From Enoplolaimus lenunculus (Eukaryota): DNA of 64,000 nt. Numbering within the stretch: position 1 is the stretch's first letter; every line of letters begins with the position of its first letter. This document shows, piece after piece, positions 37,399 to 52,000 of this stretch. The stretch is from the NCBI GenBank assembly GCA_030248215.1, contig JASANG010000753.1, forward strand, positions 248,001 through 312,000, read 5' to 3'. The translations under genes were made by a program, and so were the position numbers. The notes beneath the pieces are model-generated. The model was not told where the DNA came from. It saw only the letters and a program-made list of their open reading frames with translations, and made no database searches.

Positions 37399-38648
37399 GA
37401 CCCACGTAAAGATCACGGGCGGAACGTTTTTCTGCAAGACTGCAAAAGAGCAAGTTTAAGCTTTAAACTAATTTTTTTACACTTGGGTTTAGGCTTAGGT
37501 TTAAAGTTCATTCTTACGCTTTTGGCTTAGGCTTAGAAATATGCATATACTACTGTTACGGCCCTGTTGTATACATTGGTCGTTTATCCAAGGTTTAGGA
37601 CCATCACATAACTAAAGCTAATGCCTAAGCCTAAAGTTGCACCACGAAATACTGTGTTACGCCTGTTTGCCTTTAAACTTTAGCTTACGCGGTAATAAAC
37701 ATTATTAATGAAGCTAACAAGGTTATAATATACTAGTTTGACCGACTAATTAACGTCGGGTGAATACAAATGATAAACTATAGAAATTAATATATTAAAA
37801 GCAAGCCTTTTAATCATATACGGGATCAAGGGATTTTTTGAAATATGCCCGGAATAAAAAAAGGCGTTGTAGCCAAATCAGTGAGCGCAATGGCTCTGCG
37901 GAGGCAAAAGTTTGTTGGAACTAAAATTATCGACCCGACCTCGCCTATTCGTATGAACCTGAATTACACAATTTACTGACAAACGGTCACATACAGCAGC
38001 GGTGCAGACAGGGAGGGTTCGACCATCCCCTCTGTTTGTGACTTTTTGTCAACGGGGTTGACTAACTTTTATTTGAAAGAAAACACAAGTTTATCCTTCG
38101 AGTTTTTTTACAGAACCTATTTCCAAAATTCTGGCCGTACCCATGACCTGAGTAATTGGTAACTGGCGTTTTGCGAAGACTTAGAAGTTGTGATCGATGT
38201 GTAGCACATTGCCGTTAATCCCGTAGTATAACTATATTCCTAAGCCTAAGCCTAAGTGTAAGAGTGAGCTTGTACCTAATCGGAAAAAGTTTAAGCCTAA
38301 GCAAAAAAATTAGTCTAAAACTAAAGTTTACTTCTATTGCAGTCCTGCAGAACCATCGTTCTGCCCCTGATGTTTAGGTGGGTCGAAGTTAAGGCCAATG
38401 TAAAGAACAGTGGCGGAACAGTATTATAAGCGTATTCCTAAGGCTAAGCCTAAGCGTAAAAATGAATTTATTCTCAAGAATATGTTTATTCATAAGCCTT
38501 AGCCTTAGCATAACAAAGAGTGTATTGCTCAGAATGAGTTTATTCCTAAGCCTAAGTCTAAAGTCGAGCAAAAAGTTAGTCTAAAGCTTCAGCTTATTCT
38601 ATTCTAGTCCCACAGAAAAACGTTTCGCCCATGATCTTTACATGGGCC
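37399..38648. mobile_element. Family A MITE copies: 37399-37581 (+), about 38220-38384 (-, partial), 38393-38648 (-)
   Basis: Shared TIR and core; TSD GAAGTTAA/GAAGTTAT. Confidence 0.85.
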
Positions 38649-41459
38649 GAAGTTATTAACAATGCTTGATACATCTCGACGTATGTTGTAATTATTTTTT
38701 GAACCTTTATTATGGCTATTAATTTTTATTTACATCTGTTTGTATTGGACTGTTACTAGGCAAGTTTACACGGAGTAGGGGTTTTGTGGTTAATATAAAG
38801 CATTAAAGATGACTTAAAGGTTTTGTTCTAAGCTTAAATATTACAACCGGAACTAGAATACACTGCAAAAAATGGTGTGTCAAATTGACTCTCCGAAATA
38901 GGCTTTTCGAGACTACACAAATTGAGTCAAAATTCGACTACGCCAGAGTCACATTTGACTAACTGAGTCGCGCACGTTTTACTCTGGCGAACTCGATTGT
39001 GACTCAGTTTGTGTAGTCCCGAAAAGCCTATTTCGGACAGAGTCAATTTTGATTCGCCATTTAATGAAAGGCCAACCGATGTACATAACCAAGGACATTG
39101 CCAGGTTTTCAGCTCAGGAGGGTATTTAACCCCATGTAAAACAAAACTTTTTGACACTTTTTCTATGAACCATTAGGATATTCTAAAACCTAATCAAAGT
39201 GAACTGGTTACATTTATTTATTTCAAAAACGAATCCAGGTTACCGTGACCCGATTGAGCCCCCCCCCCCCCCGGAATAATTTTACGCCCCCTCCAGAAAA
39301 TTTTTACCCTTACTTATAAGTCAACAATAACTTTTGTCTGACCCTGCTGAAAATCGTTTTTAGCGTCCACCTAGCAAAGTGTCAGCTAGCTACGGGCCAA
39401 CATGGTGAATTTATAGTAAATCCACGTGTTAAATTGCTTAAAATTCGTTTTTTTCTGTATTTTTCCTGTTGTATTAACTTTATTTTAAGTGAACATTTTT
39501 GTTTTTAAGCAAGCGACTATCAATCTTATACAAAACTACATTATTATTGATATTTCAAATAACACGGAAACGTATTTTTCTCGTCAAATATACACGGTAT
39601 TAAAGTGTTCTGGCGTGTTTTTATTGTGACATTCATTATTTTAATGTTAATAGTCTGGACCAATGTATAGAATAAAACCGTAATAGCAGTATAATAATAT
39701 TGTTACACACAAAAAAGTATTTCTGAATTTATTCAGAAAAGTGTTTTCTGTGGCAAATCTGAAAAGTTTTTCTGATATTCAAGACAATTTTTCTAAAAAT
39801 TACTGGAAATCGTTTATTTTCAGACTTTATTTCAAAACGTTTTTTGAAAACATTTCTATTATAACCGAAATACTTTTCAAGTGCACTTTGCTAATCATAT
39901 TTCTCAAATGTAAGAAATGTTTTTAAATATCAGAAATATTATTTTGAGCGTAAAGCCTAAGTCTAAGTTTAAGCCTAAGCCTAAGTAAAAAATTAGTGTA
40001 AAGCATACACTGCAAAAAATGGTGAGCCAAATTGACTCGAATTTGACTCTGGCGGAGTCGAATTTAACTCCGTTTGTGTAGTCCCGTAGAGCGTATTTCG
40101 GAGAGAGTCAATTTGACTCGCCATTTTTTGCAGTGTAAAGCTTACTCTACTGCGGTGTTGCAGAAAATCGTTCCGCCTTTGATCTTTACACGGGAGGTCA
40201 CCTGTAAGAATACACACCATCCAGGGTCATGGTGCAACCGGATATCCGTTTCCGTTTCCGTTAAAAAACCGGAAATTAGTTTATTTTTACGTTCAAAATT
40301 AGTTATAAATTACAAAAATTTCTCGCAATTTTTTATTACAGATATGCTGCAATTGTCTGAACTGAAACAAATATTACGATATTTATCCATGATCTTAAAA
40401 ATTTTGGTGCTTGCGCCATTTTTTCTTCACAATTATAGAAAGCCCGGTGAACATTTGCACGTCTCCGTTGTGTTGGCAGAAAAATAAAACCTATTTGAAA
40501 TTCATATACTTCAATATCCGTTTTCTGTTTTCGTTTCCGTTATTTTTACTATCCGCCTACACCCTGTCCAGGATATATGTTTTATTACAAATAATTGACA
40601 AAATGTACATACAATGATAAGAAAGGTAAAAGTATCTGCTAAAAATTGTGCTATAACCCTTTCTCACATGAATATTTTCAATTTTTCTGAGACGACCAAA
40701 AATTGAAAAAATGTTCGTGAAATTTCACAGACTGTTTTGCTTTAATGATATCGCTCTGGGTAGACATGTGTATAAGGCCATAGGTGGTGCCCCCGAAATA
40801 GACTCGGTTTAAAAGTAAACAATCTTGAATTGCTATTGTTGGGCCCTCAAAATTATTTTCTGCGGGCACCACTGTCGCGGACGCGTGGTTGTCCGACATA
40901 AAATAATTAGCTAAAAACCAGAAATATTACTAAGTCTAAGAGCGAGCTTCAACCTAAAGCCTAAAGTATTTTACACGTAGTGTTCTTGTATATACATTTT
41001 CTTTCCAATGGTTTAAAATTTTCAAATTTTGGCATACCTCTGACCGTGGCTGTTGATATTTCTTAAGGTTCACCTTTGGCTCAAGATTAAGCTTAGGCTT
41101 ATATTTTTAACCTTTAGAGGAACTGTTGTATACACTTGTTTGTTTAGAAAATTTTACGAAATGCATTCTAAAGTTGCAATATATTCAGTGGTTATATTTG
41201 TATATTAAATTGTTGGTTTAAATACACGGCAAAAAACACTATTTTCAAGCATAAAACACAAATAAGACTTGTTTGCGCGTTCGGCATTTACAAAATGTTG
41301 ATCAACCTCACCGCTGAAATCGTCCCAGTGGTTTGCACCAATGTCGACGGCTTAAACACCCCTCAGTGTTCACATAAGGAAGGTTCTTTATGTGCCTTTT
41401 GCATTTTACAATTATAGAAAAATACCCTTTTTCTCTGAAAGGTAAACTTACATATCTAC

Positions 41460-41531
<72 letters not shown>

Positions 41532-44500
41532 ATATAAAATATATACAATATAAATAAAAATATATATTTTTATTCAGATAGGTATAGTATATATATATGC
41601 TTGTATATATAATATATATGTAATATATACGTAATTATGTATATTACATATACATGTAATTTTTCTTCGGGTTCCTGGTTTCAGTGGCGTATTATTTTTG
41701 AAGATAAAGCGTACGACCCTCAAGCGGGTGTTGGTTTTTATGCACCACCTTTTATAAGTGAGCTGTGTCCATCAACTAAAATTGGAATGTATTTTAATTC
41801 TGTAAAATTACGATGGTGGTTGGCTGATTTTGCTCAAAATACAATGGCAAATCCGCAAGATAGTTGTTGATGTGAGGGCGTAGACTGAGCTAAACAAAGT
41901 TCGCGATCCAAGCGGGCGAAAAAGTAAACACAATTTGTGTAATATATCATTGCCATAAAATTTGACTGTAGATCCTCGTAGGCGGGCGCTAGGCTTAGTT
42001 GTCGCCCCGCAACCTATGAATCCATCAGTGCCAGAAAATTACGATTTCTGCTATTTCGATCGATTCTGCTTGAATCAAATTTGAAAAATGTGAAATGTTT
42101 GTTTGAAAAATATTTGTCGGCAACCCGAGACACGATTGAAAATATATTTGAGGATGTTGACGAATACGTAAACAACTGTCGGTTTGGACACCGGTTCCGA
42201 TTCATTTAAGCACAGAGTAGCCCCTGACGGTTGCGGCTGGCTCGTCATTTGATTGTCGTAAACTTTGGGTATATAAGCTTAAAATTAACGTTTTTGACCA
42301 GATTATGGTTTGGCGGTTTGCAAGGTGCAACCGGAGGTGAAAAATGCCGGAGCCGGAGCCGGAGGTCAACGAAACTTGCCAGAGTCGGAGCCGGAGGTGA
42401 GGCGAAATTAAGTAGTAAAAATGATGGTTAATTAGTTAAATTTAGCCAATATCTTCAATATGTTGTTAAGTTATTTCGTTTTACGCTAATTTCATGGCGA
42501 AATTTTGGAAATTCTTTCCTAAAAATTGTGACAAAAGTATAACGATACGCGCTAAGCAGATAAATTTTGCAAAATTATACAAAATTTTGCAACCGAAATT
42601 GCCGGAACCTCCGGCAAAAATTCTACGGGAGCCGGAGCCCGATTTCCTGCCGTAGCCGGAGCCGGAGGCAGACCTCCGGTGGTACCCTGGCGTTTTGGTA
42701 TCTAGTCCCGTAGGTTTAACTTTAAGCCGATCAAAAAATACAAGCCTAACCTGCCCAATTTGGAGTTTGTATTAAGAGCTTGTAATTTTTTGGTTTCAAC
42801 CAACTGTTATTTTTTAAATTTGTACAATCCCATTTGAATACGTGCACGCCGCAATTGTGTTGACCGAAAAACAAAACATCTTTGAAACTTTTATACTTCA
42901 ATATCCGTTTTGCGTTTCCGCTATTTTGACTGTCGTCGGTTTCGGTTTTCGTTTCCGTTTACAAAAATACTCAAAATAAATTTATAAAATTCATTTAAAA
43001 TCTTAAATATTTCGGTGGCATCTGCCATTGTTTTTTTACAATTTTTTTGAAAACCAAATGATTATTTGCACGTCGCAATTGTGTGTTGATCGAAAACTAA
43101 AACATCTTTGAAACTTTTATACTTTAATATCCGGTTTTTTTTGTTTTCCGTCATTTTTATCACTATCCGGTTCCGTTTCCGTTATTATTGTTCGTTCGCT
43201 CGCAAACTGCAAAGTACTCTCGCTATTAGCCGTAGTTTAATTAAAGCTTTACCCGTGTTTTTAGTTTGTATAAAGAGCTAACACCAGCAATAAACTCGTC
43301 TACTTTGAATAGTAAATTCACGGATGCGTATCAATATTCGGCGTTCTTTCACGTGTTCATTACTCTTGAATAAAGGTAGACATTATATTTAAGAATATTT
43401 GCTATAACCTTTGTTCTCAATTCAACTTTCCCGTATTGTTATCTATTAACGTTTGAATTAACACATTCTGCTCAGCTTATGGGTAAATGTTAACTGTACT
43501 GGTTTGCTAACTAAATCTAAGCTTAACCCTATACACAACGGTCCTAAGTTTGAGCCCAAACCTAAGCTTAAGTCTAAACCACCCAGCTGCCGTCTTCGTG
43601 TCTTCAGTGGGCATGCCTGTATAATTATCAAGGGCCAGCTCCGGCCTTTCATAACACGTCCCAAGCGATCAATCGCCAAAAGCCTAAGGGTTACGCTATA
43701 CTTTACTAAACCGGACGCAGCCGCTCGCCGGCGTCCTGCTCAGTAAAGTATAGCGCAACCCTTAGTCTACACTTTCCTTGATATAGGCGTACACCAGTAG
43801 CGTAGCTACAATATTTAATTAGTAAGACACTAGCTAGGTAACCTAGTACTTTTGACGCAATCTTCAAACCAATGTCTTGTAATGAAAAAAAAATTAAGTT
43901 TTCTTATTCGATCCGATAGTTCAGTAGCTTGATCGTTTAGATTCACTCTTAAGAATGTACCCGGCATGCGTTGCGTTTTTGGCCTGCCCTTTGATCTGAG
44001 AGGGTGTCGAGCTTGTACGAACCATGGCAGAGTGCACACATACATCAAAAATGCTCTGTTTATAGTTTAATTTAGAGATATTGCACGTGATAGTGGTCAC
44101 TTCCGTTAAATAAGGGGGGTGGGCTGAAAACGCAACGCCCGGTGGTACATGTAGTACCGCTCAAAATTCGGTAGACGCATGCTCTCGACAAAGAGTGATC
44201 ATTCACTCTTGATTTTATCATGCGGGAGTTGCGTTTTTGGCCGACCCCTCTTATTTTGACGGGGGTCGCTGTCGTATGCAATTACGCTAAATTTAACTAT
44301 AAGCGGAGCATTCTTGATGCCAATGCATAAAGAGCCATGGTTCGCACATTTTGTACCCCCTCGAGATAAGGAGGGATGTCGGCCAAAAACGAAACCCCCT
44401 GGGTTACATTTTACACCACACAAAGTTGGTTACACTCTCTTGTTACAGAGTGATCATCCACTCTTGGTCTGGCCTAACAGCGTCGTGTCTAACTCTGCTT

Positions 44501-44590
44501 TGACGGCTCTTGGTCTAAATGTGTTTCCAGTAACAAATTCTAAAGTTTTACTACAGTTTTGGTTTTTTGATACCAGGGTTGTTTTTCATA

Positions 44591-44889
44591 AAGCCCCATT
44601 GACATGTGCAAGTTTTTGCAGCGAGAACTTGCAGCTGCAAATTGCACTAAATACTTGCAGCTGCAAGTATTTTCAAAGAAACATTTCGATTGACCAATCA
44701 AACTGTAGGTGCAAGGCATTCAAGTGATTTGCAACTGCGTTCACAGGTACGAATTGTATTCAATGTTGCCGAATTCCAGTGAATAATTTGCAGCTGCAAG
44801 AACTTCAAACGTGCGTTGTGATAAACTTGCACATGCAAGTTGGACGTGCAAGTTATTGCAGTAAAAACTTGTACGTGTGAATAGGGCTT
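44591..44889. mobile_element. TGCAGCTGCAA-rich MITE with AAGCCC...GGGCTT ends
   Basis: Related copies at about 23510-23670, 58943-59097, 59250-59370, 62880-62977. Confidence 0.6.
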
Positions 44890-46599
44890 CAGAGTGCCGT
44901 CTAAAATATATTTCTAAAATTCGGCGTGAACAATGTTTCATATTTTCTTAAAGCGTAGACACAAAATATTATTTTTTAATTGTAAAAGCAGATTTGTATA
45001 TTTTAAATTTGAGTCTAAATTTTTCGTATAGTAATTTTCAAAACGTTTTAGGATTAATGTCAAAAACACTGGTGTGAATTTTGCTACGATATTTTCTCTG
45101 TTGTACCTATTTTAACAAAGGATTATTGCTTGATCTGTTAGCAGTGTACAGTGCCAAGGTCTTTGGAAAACTTCGAGCCAGTGTGTAGAACAAGGCCGTT
45201 GCAGTAGTATAAGCATATTCCTAAAGCATAGACATAAGAATGAGTTTATACCTAAACGCATATTAAGGTTAAGCCTAAACCTAAGCCTAAGCATAAAAAT
45301 TAGTCAAAAACTTTTAAACCTAAAGCAAAAATTTGTAAACTTATTGTGCAAAGTTTGTTGCACAAATGCATTTCAGCGATCCGGATGTATTTCTTGCCAC
45401 TAAGGGCGGGGTGCAGAGAAGGGTAGGGTTCGTTGTCGGCCACCAGCGGTTCCCTTACCAGCAACACAACTACACGATTTGGTACATTTTCCGGTGTTAT
45501 CGCTACCAATGAAAACGTTTACAGGTTCGTTCTAGACAACAAAATTATAGATTATTCATATCTAAGACTTTAGTATAAAGTTTATAGGCTTCGCAGTCGG
45601 CTAAAATTCGTATCTAAAGTATGACACGTCCAGTATAAAAATACAGGGCCGTAACAGTAGTATAAACATACTCCTAAGCCAAATCCTAAGCGTTCGCCTA
45701 AGCCTAAGCGTAAGAATGAACTTTTATACCTAAGCCTAAGTCTATGCGAAAAAATTAGTCTCAAGCTTATGCTTTACTCTATTGCAGTCCCCCAGAAAAA
45801 CGTTCCGCCTTTGATCTTTGCCTATGTCACGATGCCATCTGGTTGAAATGTAACCACCCAACCAGCAAGAGGACAGCGAAAAATTCCCAAATGATTAATA
45901 AATTTGGTCAAATTTGCCAAGCGAGCTTGAAAAGCGGACTAAATGTTTTAGGTTGTGGTTCACAGAAAAAGCGGCCGTTGGCAACAGGTTATCACCGGGT
46001 TGGGTTTGGGCCAAAGGTTTACCAAAACAGACGGTAAAATTTGGTTTTTGAGATACTGAGATGCAGTAAAGTAGGATGGAGCTTGTGGAGCGAAGTACCG
46101 TTAAATGATCGTGAATAATGGAATATATTATGCCTATCCAGACCATCCCATTGGCGGATCTATGCGGACAACACGGAATAGTCCCACCAAGAGGGATAAA
46201 AATCAACATTTTGTATTAAAGTTAAGCACTAAAACGACGTCCGGATTATAGCTTGATTTACTGACAAGGTTTTTTCAATTGAACATCTCGCTTGGTTTCC
46301 TCTTTTTGGAAATTTCTGGATCAGCCACTGTCCATACATGCCTGTAGCCAGCTCAACTAGCTAGGGGGCTAAAAGTTATTCAGCAGAGGCATACAAGGGT
46401 TTTCAATGACTTAATACAAGCAAGGTTGAAAATTTTCTACGGGACCAAAATTTTTTAGGGATTCTAAGTTCCGCCCCCGGCTTCCTTTGGCTACGGACCT
46501 GTACCCAGACGATTTTGGTTACGTATGTTTCGAGTAATTATTCTTTCGTCAAATGAATCGTGCAAAAATTTTCACCGGTGCACACAACTTTTAGCCGTG

Positions 46600-46809
46600 C
46601 CGGTGTCATGGAAAAAATTTGCCCCCCATAAAAATTTGCCCCCATAAAAATTTTCCCCCCATAAAAATTTGCCCCCCATAAAAATTTGCCCCCCATAAAA
46701 ATTTGCCCCCCCATAAAAATTTGCCCCCCCCCCCTCGGACAAGTTTTCATATGAAAATTTGTCCGGTGGGGCAATTTTTACGGGGGGGCAAAGTTTTTCA
46801 TGACACCGG
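46600..46809. mobile_element. Small TIR element containing a 16-18-bp C-run minisatellite
   Basis: Ends CCGGTGTCATGGAAAAA/TTTTTCATGACACCGG; about 7 units of ATAAAAATTTGCCCCCC. Confidence 0.75.
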
Positions 46810-49800
46810 TTCGTTAAGTTCTGAGACCTAACAAATACTTTTGAGTAATTTTTGTGTTCAAATTAAATAGGAACTTTCTCAAATGATTTGAAAATTTTCA
46901 ATGTTACACCATTTTTAAGCAACCTCCTGCTGATGGCGTCCAAAATCCCTCCATTCTTTCCAACAACCACCATTGGCTGTATTCTCAAATGTGTGTAACA
47001 CTTATTACCAGTTGGTGATAGGTCGAGCGAGTTTTAAACCAGTGCTTGCAGATTTTCGAAAGTCGCCCAATGTTACTTTAAGGGGCGTAAAAGTAGATTA
47101 AGCGCATCCCTAAGCCTAAACCTAAGCCTAAGCGTTGCAAAAGCGTATTCCTAAGCCTAAGCCTAAGCCTAAGCCTAAGCATAAAAACTAACCTAGAATC
47201 TAAACCTACTCGTTTATAGACCCACCAGAAACCTGGACGTCCCTTAAAGTAACATGGGAATGAAAGTGTGCACATTTTTTTGCATAATCAGTTGTCTTAA
47301 TACTTTTGCACCAATTTTGATACCCGAAATTATAAGAGTTCGTTTAGTTTGAGAACCTGTCGCTAAACTGGAAATAGGTGCTATACACATTTGACAATAA
47401 GAGCCCATGTGCACAGCAGGGTTACTCTTGTAAACCACTGTTTAAATTCAAACTTATACTCCTGTAATATCATTATTTAGGGATTACCTACAGAGGCGAA
47501 CGCAAAATTTTTTGACGGGGGAGGCGAGCTGCAAATGTTATGAAACGGAAAATATTCTGAGGGCAAAAAAAATTTTAAGACCATTTTATCACAAAAAGTT
47601 CTGCGAGAAAAATTGTCAATATTGTAAGGTAGGGACCTTACCATTTTAATACAAACAAATTCAGACGTGGGTCGTACGCCCTTCACCCCCTTTAGATCTG
47701 CTCGTGGTAACTTTTCGTACACCGTGGAAAAAATATAACTATCGCTGCAACTTCTTGCCATAAATTAATATCCAAAGCAAACAACACCAAGCAAAGAGGG
47801 TTTGAACGCGAAAAAAAATTGATTTTAATAAAAACTGGGGGGGGGGGGCGAAATCAGGTCCTACGAAGGGCATCAAACACACCAAAAGTCAAGTGCTTTG
47901 GGGGGAGACCTTAAAGTTTGGGTGCAGCTTCCATTGGGCTTTTCTTGTATTTATTAACCAGGTTTCTTTATTGTAGGTTGTTGGCAATAAAAGCATTGTT
48001 GTTCCTTTGACTGTTCTTTTAATCTATGGGTAGGCATTGGAAAATATTTTAGCATTTAATTTTGCCGTAAGTGACGTAATTGTTTAAGGGTGTTTTTGGG
48101 ATCTAAATGTGTTTTTTACGCTTTGGTATATGATTCAGAGTTGCGAAATAGCAAACAATATTGATTAAAAATCTAAAATTTAGAATTTATCTGAAAAAAT
48201 TCTATATAAAAACAAATGCCAATATTGCTTTTTGGAGCGTAACAGTAGATTAAGCGTATTGCTAAGCCTAAGCCTAAGCGTTGCAAAAATGTGTTCCTAA
48301 GCCTAAGCCTAAGCCTAGGCGTTGCAAAAATGTGTTCCTAAGCTTGCGCCAAAGCCTAAGCGTTGCAAAAATGTGATCCTAAGCCTAAGCATACGCCTAC
48401 GCACAACAATGTAATCTAGAATCTAAATCCACTCTTTTATAGACCGGCCACAAACCTGGACGCACCTTAATGCAACATGGGCCAAAACAGGTATAACGAC
48501 AGACCGTCGAATGACAACTCATCACCCGACAACTTGTAATCAGAAATTTCATCGACTCGGCAATCTGTCGCTCATCATTAGGCTTAGGCTTAGGTTTAGG
48601 CTTACGCTTTAGGATTATGCTTAGATTTATTCGTTGGCTTTAGGTTTGGTGACAAATTGTCGAGCGACGAATTTAGCGTCATAAAAAGAGCATGAAATGT
48701 TAAAGCGGGTCATCCACGTATGCCAGCAAAATTTTTGTAATCATAAAATTTATTCGGCGCTCTAGATTAAAAGTTGCCGACGGTAAACATATCAGTATGT
48801 CACCCCTGTGGTTTCAACCCACCCCCCACCCTTAACCTATTTGCAGCTTTTATTTCTAAAATAGCTTTTAAGCTAGAAAACTGTTTTATGACAATTTAAA
48901 CTAAGAGCGTAGCGCAAAATTTGAAAATATTTCAATTGTAAGGTATCACAGTTTAGCTTTCCGGAGTAAAAAATGTTTGTATAAAATGGCAAAAGTTGTT
49001 GCGGCTTTAGTAAGCTCAGCTTTTTCATCTTTTGATAGTTTTTGGTTGAGCGAACAAGAACATAACACTGTGTAAAAAACCTAGTCCTATGTTTAAGGGC
49101 ACGTCCATGTAATCCTAAGTATAAATACTAAACGCCCAAACGTAAGTCTATATGTAGGCCTGAGCATCATAAATGCTCAATCTTACAGCGTAAACCTAAA
49201 CCTAAGGTTTCGGTCACTATGCCGTCCAGCAGGGTACAACCGGAGGTGAAAAATACCGGAGTCGGAGGTCAACAAAACTTGCCGAAGCCGGAATCGGAGC
49301 CGGAGGTGCGGCAAAATTAGGTTTCTTCAATTAACTGCACAAATTTGTTCCACTTCCGGTTCCGGTTTGCATGCGCGGTTGCGGCAGTTTTTTGTCGACT
49401 TCCAGCTGTTGTATTTTTCACATCCGGTTGTACCCTGATAATATATACTATATTTGCATGCGACCTTAATGTATACATTAGCTTAAAAGAACTCGAAAAT
49501 ATATAAATATTTGATATTATCTATTTATGTTTTTTTATTTTTATAAGTTGTTTACAAACAAACCAATTCTATACATTTGGGTTTAGGCTCATTTAAGTGT
49601 CCGCAAAACGTGTATCCACGTGGGTCTTCGCGCACCAGACCCTATTCTACCCTCGCGAGGAAAAAGATAAACTTTTCCTCAAAGTTTATCTGCAAAGGAT
49701 AAAGCCACCGGCATTGTAGCCAGCAATTTATTTCGACAGGGTATACCCTCACACAGAATCGAAACTGATTTTGTAATCTTTGAGATTCAATTGGCCATTC

Positions 49801-50922
49801 TAAAGCCTGTAAAAGTGTCTTTTTACCCGTATCCGTAGGAATTTATCGCACCAAATATATCCGCCTTTCCAATGTTCCGGTGTTCCGGTTGTATACGTCC
49901 ATGAATAATCGACAAAGAATGAGTTGGTTTTCGTTGTTTTTACTCAGAAGTTTGGACACAAAGACGCTGCGAGTTCAAGTTTTATAACAACGACGCATTT
50001 AGAAACAGTTATGAGCACGCGTTTTGACTGCGAAAGTTTAACTGGGGTTTTATAGCTAAATAATCAACGTTTTAGCTCATTTGTTTGTTGAAAAATATGG
50101 GTATAAAACGCGCACTGCAAATTTCAGTGAGTTGATTTGAACTCAGAATGAGTTGGATCCACTTGTCTTAGACTTAGGCAAAGGCTTACGAATATGCTCA
50201 TTCTTACGCTTTGGCTTAGGCTTAGGCTTTGGCTTAGGCTTAGGATTAGGAATATGCTTATAATACTGTTCCGCCCCTGTTCTTTACATTGGCCATCATT
50301 TGTTTAAATCTGTGTCAGAATATATTAATTTGTGAAAACTTGCAAATTGGCACACTGTAAATTACAGTGAGTTGATTTTAACTCAGAATAAGTTGAATCA
50401 CTCAATCTGAGTTAGGACTGTCAGAACTCAGAATTTTGAGTTGATTCAATTCATTCTGAGTTAATTAATCAACTCACCCTGCGTCAATTTAACTCAGAGT
50501 GAGAATCAACTCAACTCAGAGTGAGTTAATGTTTACGGATATTAATTCAGAAATAACCAACTCGCTAGCTCAATTGATTAATCAGCTCATTGGGATTCAC
50601 AGTGCGGTTGGCATTGAGGACAAATTTCGTATCAACTCAACCGTAGTTTGAATTTGACTTTTCGGCTTTGTCGCCGTTTTAGATATAGGGACTTGGCTAG
50701 TAAGCCTAAAGACTAAACCTAAGCCTAAACATAAATATGCCTAATCCTGAGCTTAATCCAAAGTCTAAGGTTCCCAGCCTTTAAGGACACCCTGTCACCC
50801 GATGGACGGGCTCCTATAACTGATACGGACCGGTTTGCTAATGGTATTCGCGGAGTTGACAGGATTTTTGACACAGGTGTTTGTTGCTAGTTTGCAGGGT
50901 GTAAACTAATATTAAAAATAAC

Positions 50923-51106
50923 GGCCCATGTTACTTTTAAGGCCGTCCAGGTTTCTGGCGGATCTATAAAAGAGTAGGTTTAGATTCTAGGTTAGTTTTT
51001 ATGCTTAGGCTTAGGCTTAGGAACTCATCTTTGCAACGCTTAGGCTTAGGCTTAGGCTTAGGAATGCGCTAAATCTACTGTTATACTACTTAATGTAACA
51101 TTGGGC
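50923..51106 (+). mobile_element. TTAGGC-array MITE family B copy
   Basis: Perfect 8-bp TSD AAAATAAC; nested in a CAGGG...CCTG element (about 50895-51465). Confidence 0.92.
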
Positions 51107-51788
51107 AAAATAACGGACACGGAAAACGGATATTTTAGTGCAAAGGCTTGAAAGTCTGCAAGATAGTTTATTTCGATTCCAATCCAATTGAAGTATGTAA
51201 ATACTTACAAGAATTTGTTAAGTTTTATATAAAAATAGTAGGATGCATATAAAATTTTAACGTTTAGGTCGAATTCAGTGATTCGTATTTCAAATCGAAC
51301 AATTACACCGTACATGTATTGAAAAACTTTATATTTTTTAAGCTATTATTTACAACTAAATTGTGAGCATTAAGATAACGGAATTTCAGTTGTTTCTATA
51401 ACGGAAACAAAAAACGGAAACGGACATCGATTTATGCCGGAAACGGATATCCGGTTTCATCCTGCTGGTTTCGAAAGTCTTAAAAAGTGTTCTTGTCTGT
51501 GTAATCATTACCATGTGTCATGTTTTCATTGGTTTGAAATCGCCGCCCGTAACTGACATTTGCTGCCTATGTAATGAGAAAACTTTTCCTTGTATATCCA
51601 CCGCAAGCCAAAGCTTAGCCTCACGCTAGGATTAGGAAAAGACCTACGGATTTCTGATAAGCAGTAACGGTAAACCTTGGCTTGAAATGTGGGGAAAATA
51701 GGTACAAGAGCCTAATTGATTTTATATTTGAGCAATTTTACAATTTCTACATCGACTGTACCTCGTAAATTATACCGTTCAGATTAAT

Positions 51789-51977
51789 GGTCCATGTTAC
51801 TTTAAGGGACGTCCAGGTTTGTGATGGGTCCATAAAAGAGTAGGTTCAGATCCTAGATTACTTTTTTGCTTAGGCTTAGGCTTAGGCTTAGGAACACACT
51901 TTTGCAACGCTTAGGCGCAGGCTTAAGATTAGGAATACGCTTAATCTAGGGTTACGCCCCTTAAAGTAACATTGACC
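51789..51977 (+). mobile_element. TTAGGC-array MITE family B copy
   Basis: GGTCCATGTTACTTTAAGGG...CCCTTAAAGTAACATTGACC; perfect 8-bp TSD AGATTAAT. Confidence 0.93.
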
Positions 51978-52000
51978 AGATTAATTATAACAGTAACCTT

